A DNA stretch of 64,000 nt from Octopus sinensis. Taxonomy: Eukaryota. Where the stretch lies: assembly GCF_006345805.1 (NCBI RefSeq), contig NC_042997.1, positions 56,730,001 to 56,794,000 of the forward strand, written 5' to 3'. The notes under the pieces were generated by a model. It was not told the origin of the DNA. It made no database searches and saw only the letters and a program-made list of their open reading frames with translations. Position numbers and translations under genes: made by a program. Below, in pieces: positions 51,094 through 63,968 of this stretch (its first letter is position 1; each line of letters begins with the position of its first letter).

Positions 51094-51245
51094 ATACAAG
51101 GTGATATCAGAAAGTTCCTGAACCAAGCCTAAGAATAATTATACCAGTACTCCAGTAATTAATCCATTTCCTGTATTAATGATATTCAGGAATCAACCCC
51201 TTTAAAATAGTCCTTGTGAAAACATAGACAGTGATCCCATTTGAG
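51094..51245 (-). mobile_element. Short mariner terminal remnant
   Basis: TA-CAAGGTGATATCAGAAAGTTCC resembles mariner TIRs. No coding evidence. Confidence 0.35.
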
Positions 51246-52224
51246 TATGTGTACATGTGTGTTTCTGCTTCAATTGGGGAGGGCCCAACTGGCGGTGGTG
51301 GTGGTACTCGATTCTGAAACCTATTGCGAAGATGTCGCTGTCTGCAACGTCCATATTGGGAAGTACAAAATGCTATGTGCTAGTAACAAGCATTGTGTTG
51401 CTTTGTTCTGATTATGTTCAGAAGAAGAAGAATAAAGTGGCACAGAGACGCAATGGAGAACTAAGTGGGCTGATGTAAAATATCTGATCTTATTAAGAAC
51501 TAATATAGTTGTTATGAAATGGGTTAAACAGTAACCTTTAAGTTTTGGGTTTTTTTTTTAATATAAGCACATATAAAAAAATATATATAAACTTTTCTAA
51601 AGTTCAACATGTGACTCAACACATTTGTAGTTATTTAAATTACAGTGAGTTCATGCTGACAAAAATAGATAAATAAATACATGAATTATATCATACATAT
51701 TTAATTTAAAAGCAGTGACAGAATCATTTCAAATATTGACAGACACAACCTCCTGAGTATTGAATACCCTCTCCTCATGTTTTGATATGTTTTATTTTTG
51801 CCATAATTCAAATGTTTTTCATTCTGACAGGGGTTAAATAGTTTTTTCATAGTTAGCTGTTTGCATATGAAGTGTGAGAGTAGGTGATTTTGGACAGCTA
51901 AATGCTTGTCTTCTATTCTTCTGTTCAATTAATTTACTGGGGAGTGTGCATGTTAGCTAGTATTCCGGCTGATTCATTGAAAAGTGGCTCCTTGAACAAA
52001 TCACAAGGAACAGAGTGAAGTGTTTAATTCTCGTCTGTGTCACTTTAAGCAGATAAAAACTAAATCACTTCTTGGTTAGGATGATAGTTTATAACTGGTA
52101 GCTTTTCCAGAGGATCTTGACATCTGTTTCCTTTTGCGAGATAAATTGAAGCAATGTATTTTGTTCAAAAGGGACAATCAGATATTAGATACTGCTTTGA
52201 ATTTGGACCACATAAATTAACAAC

Positions 52225-52640
52225 TCTTTTACTCTTTTGCTCTTTTACCTGTTTCAGTCATTTGACTGTGGCCATGCAGGAGCACCGCCTTTAGTCGAGC
52301 AAATCGACCCCAGGACTTATTCTTTGTAAGCCTAGTACTTGTTCTATCGGTCTCTTTTGCTGAACCGCTAAGTTACGGGGATGTAAACACACCAGCATTG
52401 GTTGTCAAGCAATGTTTGGGGGTGGGGGATAGGGGCAAACACAGATACACAAACATATACATATATATATACATATATACGACAGGATTCTTTCAGTTTC
52501 TGTCTACCAAATTCACTCGCAAGGCTTTGGTCAGCCTGAGGCTATTGTAGAAGACACTTGCCCAAGGTGCCACACAGTGGGAATGAACCCGGAACCATGT
52601 GGTTGGTAAGCAAGCTACTTACCACACAGCCACTCCTACA
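52225..52640 (-). mobile_element. tRNA-derived SINE
   Basis: TAGGAGTGGCTGTGTGG..GGTTCATTCCC head. The body is homologous to 22560-22980. Confidence 0.75.
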
Positions 52641-52699
52641 ATCATTTTAAATATTTTCTTTGTCCTACACTCAAACAATAGCAAACACATCTAGCACAA

Positions 52700-52940
52700 C
52701 ACTTCCCTAGTTAAGTTGTCCATTTATGGACTCTAATTGTCTTTTGTCTTTTGGATCAGAAGCTTCCTCTCAGAGTTTAGCTTAGAGTGGACATTATAGA
52801 GCTTTTCCTGGCAGATAATCTGTCAACCCTTGTGTCCCCAAAGTTTGATTATCTCTCAGAATACTCTTATCCGTACATTAGCAATTTGTTTGCTGCCATA
52901 TCTTGCCATGTTCACTCCTGTGCAGATGTTATCATTGTTT
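52700..52940 (+). mobile_element. Very degraded LINE RT fragment
   Basis: Residual ..SPK..YISNLFAAISCHVHSCAD resembles the RT PQG to YADD region. Confidence 0.35.
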
Positions 52941-54779
52941 TCTCTTCCTTTACTTTCCCCTTCCCCACATATTGGGACCAGGAATCCAATGACCAAAAAC
53001 AGTGACAAAATAAAAGAATACATTTGATAAATTTGTCTGAAGGAATTTCATTGACAAAAACGCAAAATATGTGAATGCATTAGTGACATGATACAAATCA
53101 TGAATAAAGACTTGTTCAGATCGAAGGTCACCTTTTCCCCAGAACTAAACATCTCCCCTCACACTTTTATGAAACACCTCCATTTATCCCCTTTATATTC
53201 ACCTTCACTGTATTTTGTGGGAATGTCCCTCTCTACTGATACATCTCTAGCACCATCCACTCTCTCTCTCCCTCTGTCTCTCTAAATCTATCTCTCCTGC
53301 TTCTTCTTACTTTCCCTACTGGGTAGCAAAATATCTCCTCTATAGTAAGACACCTATCTCTATCCCTCTATTATGCCCTGACCTCTCAAATGTACAATTC
53401 CCTTTCCCAGCTGAGAGATCTTTATCTTACAAGTTACTTGGTAACTTCACTGGTGCTGGTGTCACATAAAAAGCACTCAGTACACTCTGTAAAATGGTTG
53501 GCATTAAGAATGGCATTCAGTCATAGAAACCATGCCACGGTTGACAGCAGAGCCTGGTGCAGTTCTCTGACTTGCCAGCTCCTGTCAAACCATCCAACCC
53601 ATGTCAGCATGGAAAAGGGGTATTAAATAATAATGATGATGATAATGATAATGATGTTATATCTATATATATGTGTGCAGGCGCATGTGTGTGTGTGTAT
53701 GTATACATACATGTATATGTATACAAATGGTATCTACAGCTGGATGTCCTTTCTAATGCCAACCACTTTCGTGTGTATGTGTGTGTGAGTGTGTGTATTA
53801 TATTTCATCATCATCATCATCGTCGTTTAACGCCCGCTTTCCATGCTGCCATGAGTTGGACAGTTTGACTGAGGGCTGGAAAGCCAGATGGCTGCACCAG
53901 GCTCCAATCTGATCTGGCAAAGTTTCTACAGCTGGATACCCTTCCCAACACCAACCACTCTAAGACTGTAGTAGGTGCTTTTTATGTGCCTCCAGAACAA
54001 GGGACAATCAGGCGGTACTGGCAACAACCACGCTTGAATGGTGCCTTGTATGTTAACTTTTATATTACTTTATTTATTCTGTCTCATATACGTTCTTATA
54101 TCTACTTTGTTCTGTCTTATTTATATCATTCTGTCTTCTATATACGTGTATATGTCATTATTCAGTTTATTTCAAGATTTCTTGCCAATAGAGAAAGAAC
54201 CGGTTTCTAATCTAGACCCAAGGCTCCTACATTGAAATTTCAACATCAACAGGGTATTTTTGTATGTATCTATGTATATGTGCAGATTTGTATGTTTTGT
54301 TTTATGTATGTGTGTGTGTATGTATAAATGAATGATTTTTTTTCTTTGAGCTTGATTTAAGTCAACTGCTAACAAAGCAACAAGACTTTTTGAGTTAAGA
54401 GAGTTCCCAGTGTTTGTAAATATATGGTTAAGTTGGTGTGTTGGTTGAACTGTTGATGCATACATCCAAGTGTGTGCAATCTATTCACATAAGAATCTCA
54501 CATGGATAATTTTTTGAATGTCTTACAAATCTTCACGGTGCCACAAATAGATTGGATTTGGAGAATCCACATTAGTTTGATTTGCTCTTTTTCTCTGAAA
54601 CTGAGTATTTCTAGGTTTTTGTGTAAATTTGTTGGTACATAACCTAATACACCTATGATGATAGTCACAAACAAGAATTCCTAGACAGAGTACAAGATCT
54701 GTAAGTTCCACATTAATTCACTATAAATGTCACCTTTTCATGGACTTTTGATTGAACGAGGTAAAGACAAAACTTACCT

Positions 54780-55940
54780 GCTCTTTTGCCATAACATATC
54801 TTTATTATTGTCACACTGCCTTCTGTGCATGCATGCTTATAGTTGGCACTATTGTGGTCATGTGATCGAAGTTTGAACCTGATCGTGCCATTTTTCTTTC
54901 TGGCTTACAGTGTAAGCATAGCCACTCCACTAGCAATGTGCACCAAAGAAGAACAAAGATTAGTGATCTGATTTCTCTGGTCGAAGGTGTGTCAAGTGCT
55001 GAAATTCATAGGAGGCTTTTATCACAATATGTGACTGTGCACTACCACATAGAAGTGTGTATGAGTGGATCAAGTTATAATCGAAGAGGTAGCTTGTTCT
55101 CTGCAGATTAGTCATGGTTCTGCTTATCAAGTCATCCACAATGAACCTGGCTTCCATAAAGTCTGTGCAAGATGGGCGCCAAGAGATCCTACTGGAGAGC
55201 ACAAGCATAAACGTCTTGAAGTCTGCCAACGTTTACTTGATCGCTACAACAATGAGGGTGAAGTATTTTTGAGCAGAATAGTCGCAGAAGATAAAACGTG
55301 GGTCATTATGAGGCAGAATCTGAAAGACAGAGTATGGAGGAGAAACATCCTGGCTTGCCAGCAACAATGAAATTCAAGACTCAGTCTTCTGCAGGAAAAG
55401 TGATGCTAACCCATTTTTGGGACTCAAAAGGGCCTATACTGGAAGACTACCTGGAGAAGGAGTGTATGATCAACAGTGCAAGATACAGTACTTTGCTGGC
55501 CAACAAACTGAAGCCAACAATTCGCATCAAGTGCCAAAGCCTATTGCCAAAGAAAGTTTTGTTACTCCATGACAATGCACACCCACACACAGCCACCCAG
55601 ACCATTGAAACCATTAATCAATTGGGTTCTGAGGAGCTGGAACATCCTGCCTACAGCCCAGATCTTGCCCCTTCCAACTATCAGATTCTTGGACTGCTCA
55701 AAGATGGTTCGCAAGGTTGTTGATTTCCTATGGATGATGTGAAGGAAGCAGTGCATAAATGGTTGCATGACCAACCAGAAACCTTCTTCTTGGAGGGAAT
55801 ACACAAGCTTGTGAACCACTGGACCAAGTGCATTGAAAAGAAAGGAGACTATATAGAAAAATGACGTACTTTTTTATCCTCTGCTTTTGTGTAAATACAT
55901 TGAAAAAACAAGAGTGTTTATAATTTTTGACTCTCCCTCA
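54780..55940 (+). mobile_element. Mariner (DD34D) transposon relic with right TIR
   Basis: HQVIHNEPGFHKVCARWAPR, IVAEDKTWV, FKTQSSAGKVMLTHFWDSKG, LLHDNAHPH and HPAYSPDLAPSNY. It ends tttttgactctccctca-TA. The left TIR was not found. Confidence 0.85.
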
Positions 55941-56488
55941 TACATTCATATTTCCTGGGCAGCAGCTGACCTCTACAACAGTGCAGGAATTTTGTTTCCT
56001 GTCCCATAGAACAATATCACATTTGTTATGTTTGCACTGAATTTATGTTTTTATTGTGGTGTTTCACCAGTATTACTTGTTTTTAAAGGTGTGAATACCT
56101 GCTGGTTCTGAATGTCTTTAATGTATATGTTAAGGCACTCCTTCCTGCAGGTAGCATTGTAATACTGGTGCATAAAAATTGCATAAAAATGATTTTTATT
56201 CTTTTGATATGTGTTATTCATGACTTCTTTGCATGAGTTTACTGCGACAAATGCAATATCAAAGAAAACTTATGCAGCCAATTAAAATATTGTAGAGACA
56301 GTGCAACTGTGTTATATGACTGTTATAGCCTATACTGAATAATGGTGTTGGATTGAGGATGTAATGGAGCGTGATGGGGTGTAATGGAATGTATCAAGTT
56401 CTAATTCTTTTGTTATATGTTGTGCACTGTAATAGGTTCTTCAGACATTTTATTCATTCATACATACATACATACATACATACACTCA

Positions 56489-57703
56489 CACAGACATGAC
56501 AGAAGTAAATAGACACCCTTATCATCATTAAAATTTATTTTTATCTGAAATTATACATTCAAATTATTTATTAATTATTATAATGTGAATATCTAATATT
56601 TAGTAGACACATCCTTTGTATTTTTCAGTGCAAGGACCTTATTAAACGTGCTACTGATCAGATGATGAATATTCTCTTGGGGGAATTTCTTGCCAAGTTT
56701 CATGAAGTAATCTCAAAAGATCTGGATTTGGTGATGCTTTCTTGTGCTTTTTACGAAGTGTCCTGTCCATTACTCTTCAGAGGTGCTCAATAGGGTTCAT
56801 ATCTGGTGACTGGCTTGACCATGGAAGCTTTTTAATGCCATTCTCTTCCAGGACTTTTTAGCCAAGTGACAAGGAGCCCCATCTTCTATAAATAAAGAGT
56901 TTTCTTTAATCATTTCACCACAGGAGAAGATTGGAAGGAGTCCTTTCTGCAATATGGACACATATGTGTCTAAGTTTATGCTTCCCTCACACTCTACTAG
57001 CCCTGATTGACCATTGCTCCCCAGACCATCACAGAATAGTTACTATGTTTCATTGTTGGCCGCAATCTTTTCATTTCAAATTCTTGATCACAGAGTCTCC
57101 AGACCTACATTTGACCTCTGTCAGAAAATAAAGTAAATCTGGACTCAGAGAATATGACAGTGTCCCAAAATGCTAGTGGCCTCTCCACCATTTCACTGGC
57201 CCAATCTATTCTCTGCTTGATATTGGCTGAGGGAAGATCTTACTTCCTTCTTGCAGCTCTGCCATAGTAGCCAAGTCTGTAGACATACCTAACAGCTGTT
57301 CTGGGACTGACATCAACTTGTTGTTATGTCAGAGGCCTTGCAATGAGGATTATCCTCCACACTTTTCTTAACAAAGTGAAGGGTCCTGTCAGAGGGCCCT
57401 GGTCAACCTGGGCAAGGTGATATGAACTCCTCCTCCTGTCTGGTGAATTGCACCATCATTCTATTAACTGTAGAAAGCAGGATCCCAAGGTTTCCTACGA
57501 TTTTATGCTGATGGACCCATAATATGGCCTCTTTGAAATTCAGACTGTTCCAAGGCTTCTTTTGTATGTAGCATGATTAAATAGTCACATATAGAACCTG
57601 AAAAATGAAAATGCCAATTAATAAAAAATATAAACCTTTTCAAGTTACAATAAATATAAAACAATGTTTTATAGGGTGTCTATTTACTTTTGTCATGTCT
57701 GTG
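56489..57703 (-). mobile_element. Tc1 (DD34E) element with both TIRs, transposase degraded
   Basis: CACAGACATGACAGAAGTAAATAGACACCC pairs with GGGTGTCTATTTACTTTTGTCATGTCTGTG. Minus-strand EDGAPCH and W..QSPDMNPIEHL. Confidence 0.85.
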
Positions 57704-57710
57704 TACATAC

Positions 57711-57759
<49 letters not shown>

Positions 57760-58444
57760 TACATAGCCATGACTACCTATATCATCATTGTCATCATTTA
57801 ACATCTGTTTTCCGTGCTTGCATGGGTTGGATGCTTTGACCAGAGTTGGTAAGGCCAGGGGCTGAACCAGACTCCTATGTCTGTTCTAACATGCTTTCTG
57901 CGGCTGGATATCCCTCTTAACTCCAACCACTTTGCAGTGTGTACTGGGTACTTTTTATGTGAGACCATTATAGTGCTTTTAATATAGCACCAGTATGACT
58001 GTTTTTTATGCAGCAGCAGCACCAGTGTTTTTAATATGACACCAGCATGAGTGCTTTTTATGTAGCACTAGCACTGGTATCAATTTTTCTGTGGTGAACA
58101 AGTCTTCTTGAGTATAGCAAAAATTCCAGATATCTTGATCCTTTGTCATTTCATTTGTAAGGCTCAATATCTTGAGACCAGCCTTAAATTTACTTCCTGC
58201 ATGTCTGTGTATATGTGTATGTTTGTGTGTCTGTGTTTGTCTCTTCCCCACCATTGCTTGACAACCGATGTTGGTGTGTTTATGTCCCCATAATGTAGCT
58301 GTTTGGCAAAATAGACCAATAGAATAAGTGCTAGGCTTACAAAGAATAAGTCTTGGGGTTGATCTGTTTGACTAAAGGTGGTGCTCCAGCATGGCCGCAG
58401 TCAAATGACTGAAACAAGTAAAAGAATAAAAGAATATATATATG

Positions 58445-58499
<55 letters not shown>

Positions 58500-58506
<7 letters not shown>

Positions 58507-59380
58507 AACACCACAGATGCTCAGAAAACAGATTCCATCACACACCAGGGGGAGAAACTAGAAGTAGTTGATAGCTTCCACTACCTAGGTGACCAAGTTA
58601 GTAGTGGGGGTGGATGGTCAGAGAGTGTTATCACTAGGATAAGAATAGTCTGAGCAAAGTTTAGAAGGCTTCTACCCCTACTGGGGACAAAGGGCCTCTT
58701 GCTCAGAGTGAAAGGTAGATTGTACGATGCCTGTGTGCGAACTACCATGCTTAACGGTAGTGAAACAGGGGCTATGACTGCAAAAACCCGGCAAATAAAG
58801 TGAGTTCACAGCTGTATCCTACACCAGTTTTGCATAACCAGCTGCAGCCCATTTAAAAGTACCTTGGATCATAGGGTGACCTGCTGCACTTGAGGAGACC
58901 TATTGAGTCAAGTACATCAACATCAAAATGAAAATCAAATGGAAATTGTAGTTGTGATACCCGTGCCGGTGGCACGTAAAAAGTACCCACTACACTCATG
59001 GAGTGGTTAGTGTTAGGAAGGGCATCCAGCTGTAGAAACACTGCCAGATCAGACTGGAGCCTGGTGCAGCCTGCAGGCTTCCCAGACCCTGGTCGAACCG
59101 TCCAACCCATGGTAGCATGGAAATTGGACATAAAACGATGATGATGATGATATATGTGTGTGTATATATATATATATCATCATCATCATCATCATCGTTT
59201 AACGTCCGTTCTCCATGCTAGCATGGGTTGGACAGTTCGACCGGGGATCTAGGAAGCCAGAAGGCTGCACCAGGCTCCAGTCTTATCTGGCAATGTTTCT
59301 ACAGCTGGATGCCCTTCCTAACGCCAACCACTCCGTGAGTGTAGTGGGTGCTTTTTACGTGCCACCTGCACAGGTGCCAG
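58500..59380. mobile_element. RTE fragment plus tail (+, to about 59150) and RTE tail (-, 59178-59380), tail-to-tail
   Basis: HQGEKLEVVDSFHYLGDQVSSGGG. The two tails are separated by about 25 nt of TA/TG repeat. Confidence 0.85.
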
Positions 59381-59391
59381 GCATGTATATA

Positions 59392-59478
<87 letters not shown>

Positions 59479-59648
59479 ATATCATCATCATCATCCTTTA
59501 GCGTCCGTTTTCCATGCTAGCATGGGTTGGACGGTTCAACTGGGGTCTGTGAAGCTGGAAGGCTTCATCAGACCCAGTCAGATCTGGCAGTGTTTCTATG
59601 GCTGGATGCCCTTCCTAACGCCAACCACTCCGTGAGTGCAGTGGGTAC

Positions 59649-60320
59649 TTTTTACGTGCCACCTGCACAGGTGCCAGACAGAGCTGGCAAACGGCCATGA
59701 ACGGATGGTGCTTTTACGTGCCACCGACACGGGGGCCAGACAGAGCTGGCAAATGGCCATGAACGGATGGTGCTTTTACGTGTCACCGGCACGGGGGCCA
59801 GGCGAGGCTGGCAACGGACACGAACGGATGGTGCTTTTACGTGCCACCAACATGGGGGCCAGACAGAGCTGGCAAACGGCCACGAACGGATGGTGCTTTT
59901 ATGTGTCACCGGCACGGGGGCCAGGCGAGGCTGGCAACGGACACGAACGGATGGTGCTTTTACATGCCACCGACACGGGGGCCAGACAGAGCTGGCAAAC
60001 GGCTATGAACGGATGGTGCTTTTACGTGTCACCGGCACGGGGGCCAGGCGAGGCTGGCAACGGACACGAATGGATGGTGCTTTTACGTGCCACCAACACG
60101 GGGGCCAGACAGTGCTGGCAAACGGCCACGAACGGATGGTGCTTTTACGTGTCACCGGCACGGGGGCCAGACAGAGCAGGTAAATGGCCACGAACGGATG
60201 GTGCTTTTACGTGGCACCGGCACGGGGGCCAGCCTCGCCTGGCAACAGACACGAACGGATGGTGCTTTTACGTGCCACCGGCACGGGGGCCAGGCGAGGC
60301 TGGCAACAGACACGAGCTGA
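59649..60320. repeat. Tandem array of about 11 units of 61-62 bp with A/B higher-order alternation
   Basis: The unit is CGGATGGTGCTTTTACGTG(C/T)CACC(G/A)(G/A)CACGGGGGCCAG followed by either ACAGAGCTGGCAAACGGCCAYGAA (A) or GCGAGGCTGGCAACGGACACGAA (B). Confidence 0.9.
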
Positions 60321-61231
60321 TGGTGCTTAACCACAGCTGCAATTCCGACTGATGTTGATCGACCTCAATTTTGGTTCTGCTTTCTGATATATGATTTGAT
60401 TTGGTTTGATTTTGATTTTGATTTTGACTGTTCTCACTGGTCTTGCCAGGTCTTCTTATGCACAGCATACTTCTATAGGTCTCGGTCTCTGGTCATTTCC
60501 TTGGTGAGACCTAAAGTTCGAAGGTCGTGCTTCACCACCTCGTCCCAGGTTTTCCTGGGTCTACCTCTTCCACAGGTCCCCTCAACTGCCAGGGTATGGC
60601 ACTTTCATACACAACTATCTTCAGCCATTCTCGTCACATGACCATACCAGCGCAAATGTCTCTCTTGTACAAAACAACTGATGCTTCTTAGGTCCAACTT
60701 TTCTCTCAAGGTACTTACACTCTGTTGATTATGAACACTGACATTACACATCCATCGGAGCATACTAGCTTCATTTCTTGCGAGCTTACGCAAATCCTCA
60801 GCAGTCACAGCCCAAGTTTCACTACCGTGTAGCATGGCTGTACGTACACATGCATCATACAGTCTGGCTTTTACTTTGAGTGAGAGGCCTTTTGTCACCA
60901 GCAGGGGTAAGAGCTCTCTAAACTTTGCCCAGGCTATTCTTACTCTAGCAGTTACACTTTCAGCACACCCGCCCCCGCTACTGACTTGGTCACCTATGCC
61001 TCTGACCCACTTGCAGTTGTTTGATCTAGCTGAAATTTTGCATGTGCAATCATTTATATCTCTAAACTGAGCCAAACTGAGGCTTTGACAGAAGACACTT
61101 GCAATAGACTAGTGTGGCAAGTGAGAGTCATTAATGGACAGAAAGTTGGTAGGGGAGGTCATGAAGGTAGGCCAAAGAAGGAGGGGAAAACTAATGGGGG
61201 ATCATCATCATCATTATCATCATCGTTTAGC

Positions 61232-61899
61232 GTCTGATTACACAGGATGAAACCTGGGTCCATCATGATGATCCAGAGACCAAATCCCAGTCAATGCAGT
61301 GGAAGCACCGTGAATCACCCCCTCCAAAGAAGGCAAGAGTGCAGCCCTCCGCTGGCAAGGTCATGCTCACAGTCTTCTGGGACCAGGACGGAGTAGTGAT
61401 GACAGATTTCCTGGCAAAGGGTACCACAATTGCAGGAGCCTATTATGCTTCACTTTTGAGGAAATTAAGAGAAGTTATCAAAATCAAGAGGCGGGGCAAG
61501 ATCAGCAAAGGCATCCTCCTCCTGCAGGACAACGCTCCGGTCCACAACTCGCTTGTCGCCAGATCAGAAGCACAGGCGTATGGCTATGAACTCCTCCCCA
61601 TCCCCCCTACTTTCCTGACCTTGCACCCTCTGATTTTCACCTCTTCCCAATCATGAAGTTGTTTTTGAAAGGAAAGCGTTTCCCAGATGATGCAGCCTTG
61701 ATTTCTGAAGTCACGTTGAGGTTGGAGGACCAAGCTGGGTTCTTCTACAAAAACGGTCTCCAGAGCCGCATCAAACGATGGGAGAAATGCGTAACTCTGG
61801 GTGGTTCCTATGTAGAAAAAGACTAATAACTGTGCCAAGTTTCGTTGCTCTACTGCTATGGGAAGTGGGTCAGGGGCATTACTTATTGAACGCCCCTCG
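61232..61899 (+). mobile_element. Mariner (DD34D) 3' half nested in the RTE
   Basis: ITQDETWVH..PETKSQSMQWKH..QPSAGKVMLTVFWD..LLQDNAPVH. The TIR cattacttattgaacgcccctcg-TA joins RTE sequence at the TA of GAAGTA. Confidence 0.88.
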
Positions 61900-63080
61900 T
61901 ACTTCTAGTTTTTCTCCCTGGAACGTGGTAGAAGTTGGTCTCTGCATATTTTCAGAGTTTATTGCTCCTGAGCATCTGCCACAGATAAAAACTATTTTCC
62001 TAGTTAGTCTTCCTTTGACATTACTACATCTCTTATGTGTCCATAGCTTATATTTGGTGCATCTTATAGAGTTTCTACCTACGCCTTTTCTACAGATCGA
62101 GCAGGGCCATCTACCTGAAGTCGTTTGTGATTGGTCTACCTTCCTACTTATTAGGAATTTGGTTTTGGCTAGGTTGATTCTAAGGCCCTTCGATTCTAAA
62201 CCTTGCTTCCATACCTGAAATTTCTCCTCTAGTTCTGATAGAGACTCAGCAATTAGAGCAAGGTCATCAGCATAGAGGAGCTCCCAGGGGCATCCTGTCT
62301 TGAATTCCTCCGTTATTGCTTGGAGGACTATGATAAATAGGAGGGGACTGAGGACTAAACCTTGGTGGACTCCAACCTCTACCCTGAATTCTTCACTGTA
62401 CTCGTTGCCAACCCTCACCTTACTAGCAGCGTCTCTGTACATGGCTTGTACAGCTCTCACTAACCATTCATCTATCCCTAGTTTCCTCATTGACCACCAG
62501 ATAAGGGATCGGGGGACCCTGTCGAAGGCTTTCTCCATATCAACAAAAGCCAGGTATAGGGGCTTGTCTTTGGCTAGGTATTTCTCCTGCAGCTGTCTTA
62601 CCAGGAAAATAGCATCAGTAGTACTTTTCCCTGGCACGAACCCAAACTGCATTTGATCTAGGCTAACTCTCTCTCTAATTAGTTGGGCTATAACCCTCTC
62701 CGTAACCTTCATTACCTGATCCAGCAGCTTCATACTCCTGTAGTTATTTGTATCTAGGGCGTCACCTTTACCTTTGTAGCAGTTGACTATTATGCTGCTA
62801 CACCAGTCATTGGGAATGACTCCTTCGTGTATCACCTGGTTAACTATACTGGTGACTAGGCTATAGCCGACACAACCAGATATTTATATGTATATATATA
62901 TGAAGAGCGTAGGCTCGAAACGTTAAAGACTTGTTTTATTTATATTTCCTGAGCGCCATACTAATACAATTGTTTGTTTGTATTCCACCTGCCTTCGTCT
63001 TTTGTTTATTTCCGTAAACCTGCCTTCGTCTTTTGTCTATTTTCATAAAGCTTCCCATTATATATATGTATATATATATA

Positions 63081-63224
<144 letters not shown>

Positions 63225-63426
63225 AAGGTAAGAACTAAGGATCAAGGTATAGGAAGTTGGTAAGCTTTGAGCAGTCCGTAGAAGGTTTAAAAATAACTTC
63301 CAGGAACAATAGTGGTTTATTGATGTAGAAGATTATAAATTCTTCCAGTACCAAAGTTTGGTAAGCTGAAAAAATTGTTTCATAGCTTATGGTTACCAGG
63401 TGGGGTTGCTGTGTATGCAAATATAA

Positions 63427-63699
63427 ATCCAAGATTAGAGAATGGAGTAGATAAAATCCAGTCTACATAGCAGAACCTTGGAAGTAGTATTTATCCAAAT
63501 GAGGGGTAATCCGTTAGCTACTCGTTGGGCCCAAAATACCTTAATCAAAAGAAGTTTACATTATTGTTAAGAGATCCCATGTTGACTTCTGTGAATAGCT
63601 TGTGGATTATTCCTCATTTGGATAATTACTATTTCCAAGGTTCTGCTAGCTATGAAACATGTAGCCTGGATTTTATCTACTCCATTCTCTACTTTTGGA
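63427..63699. mobile_element. MITE-like element with long (about 85-95 bp) terminal inverted repeats
   Basis: tccaagattagagaatggagtagataaaatccag..ccaaatgagg is inverted to cctcatttgg..ctggattttatctactccattctctacttttgga. Confidence 0.6.
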
Positions 63700-63968
63700 C
63701 ATATATATATATATATATATGGTAAGTATGCGTGAATGCGCACATGTGTGTGTAAAGTTAAATTGTTCTCATAGTATTTCTACCAAGTTACTGTTGGGAT
63801 ATCTGAATGCTTGTTCTCAGTCATCTCTACTTACCTCAATCTTAATAGATTTTGCTTTTTATTCCTGCTCAGTTTTATAAATATTTATAGTGTGTTGATA
63901 CTAGTATGCATGTGTGTGTGTGTGTGCATGTGTGTTGAATATAATATACATTATGTATATTGCATATA

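Larger units (their letters stand above)
46425..54630. repeat. Inverted repeat pair, arms about 46425-46980 and 54070-54630
   Basis: Near-identical reverse complements (ORFs 46588-46881 + and 54172-54465 - are almost the same peptide). Confidence 0.85.
59481..62880 (-). mobile_element. 5'-truncated RTE copy with expanded 3' UTR array, interrupted by a mariner
   Basis: RT at 61902-62880 is near-identical to the 48.9-49.9 kb protein. C-terminal part at 60470-60990, tail at 59481. Confidence 0.9.

Noticed and set aside
51257-51478. 73-aa plus-strand ORF in non-repetitive sequence
   Set aside because: No recognisable motif or splice context in any frame.
52580-52640. tRNA gene (also 22920-22980 and 30415-30473)
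   Set aside because: A/B-box-like heads continue into SINE bodies and do not form a full cloverleaf.
54655-54705. Exon-like YDDSHKQEFLDRVQDL followed by GTAAGT
   Set aside because: There is an in-frame TAA just upstream, no credible acceptor and no recognisable homology.
56629-56790. Plus-strand exon-like ORF after tttttcag (CKDLIKRATDQMM..)
   Set aside because: It is the antisense of the Tc1 transposase C-terminus.
59649-60320. CRISPR-like array
   Set aside because: The apparent spacers are two recurring variants rather than unique sequences. The unit is part of the RTE 3' UTR, there are no cas genes, and the context is eukaryotic.
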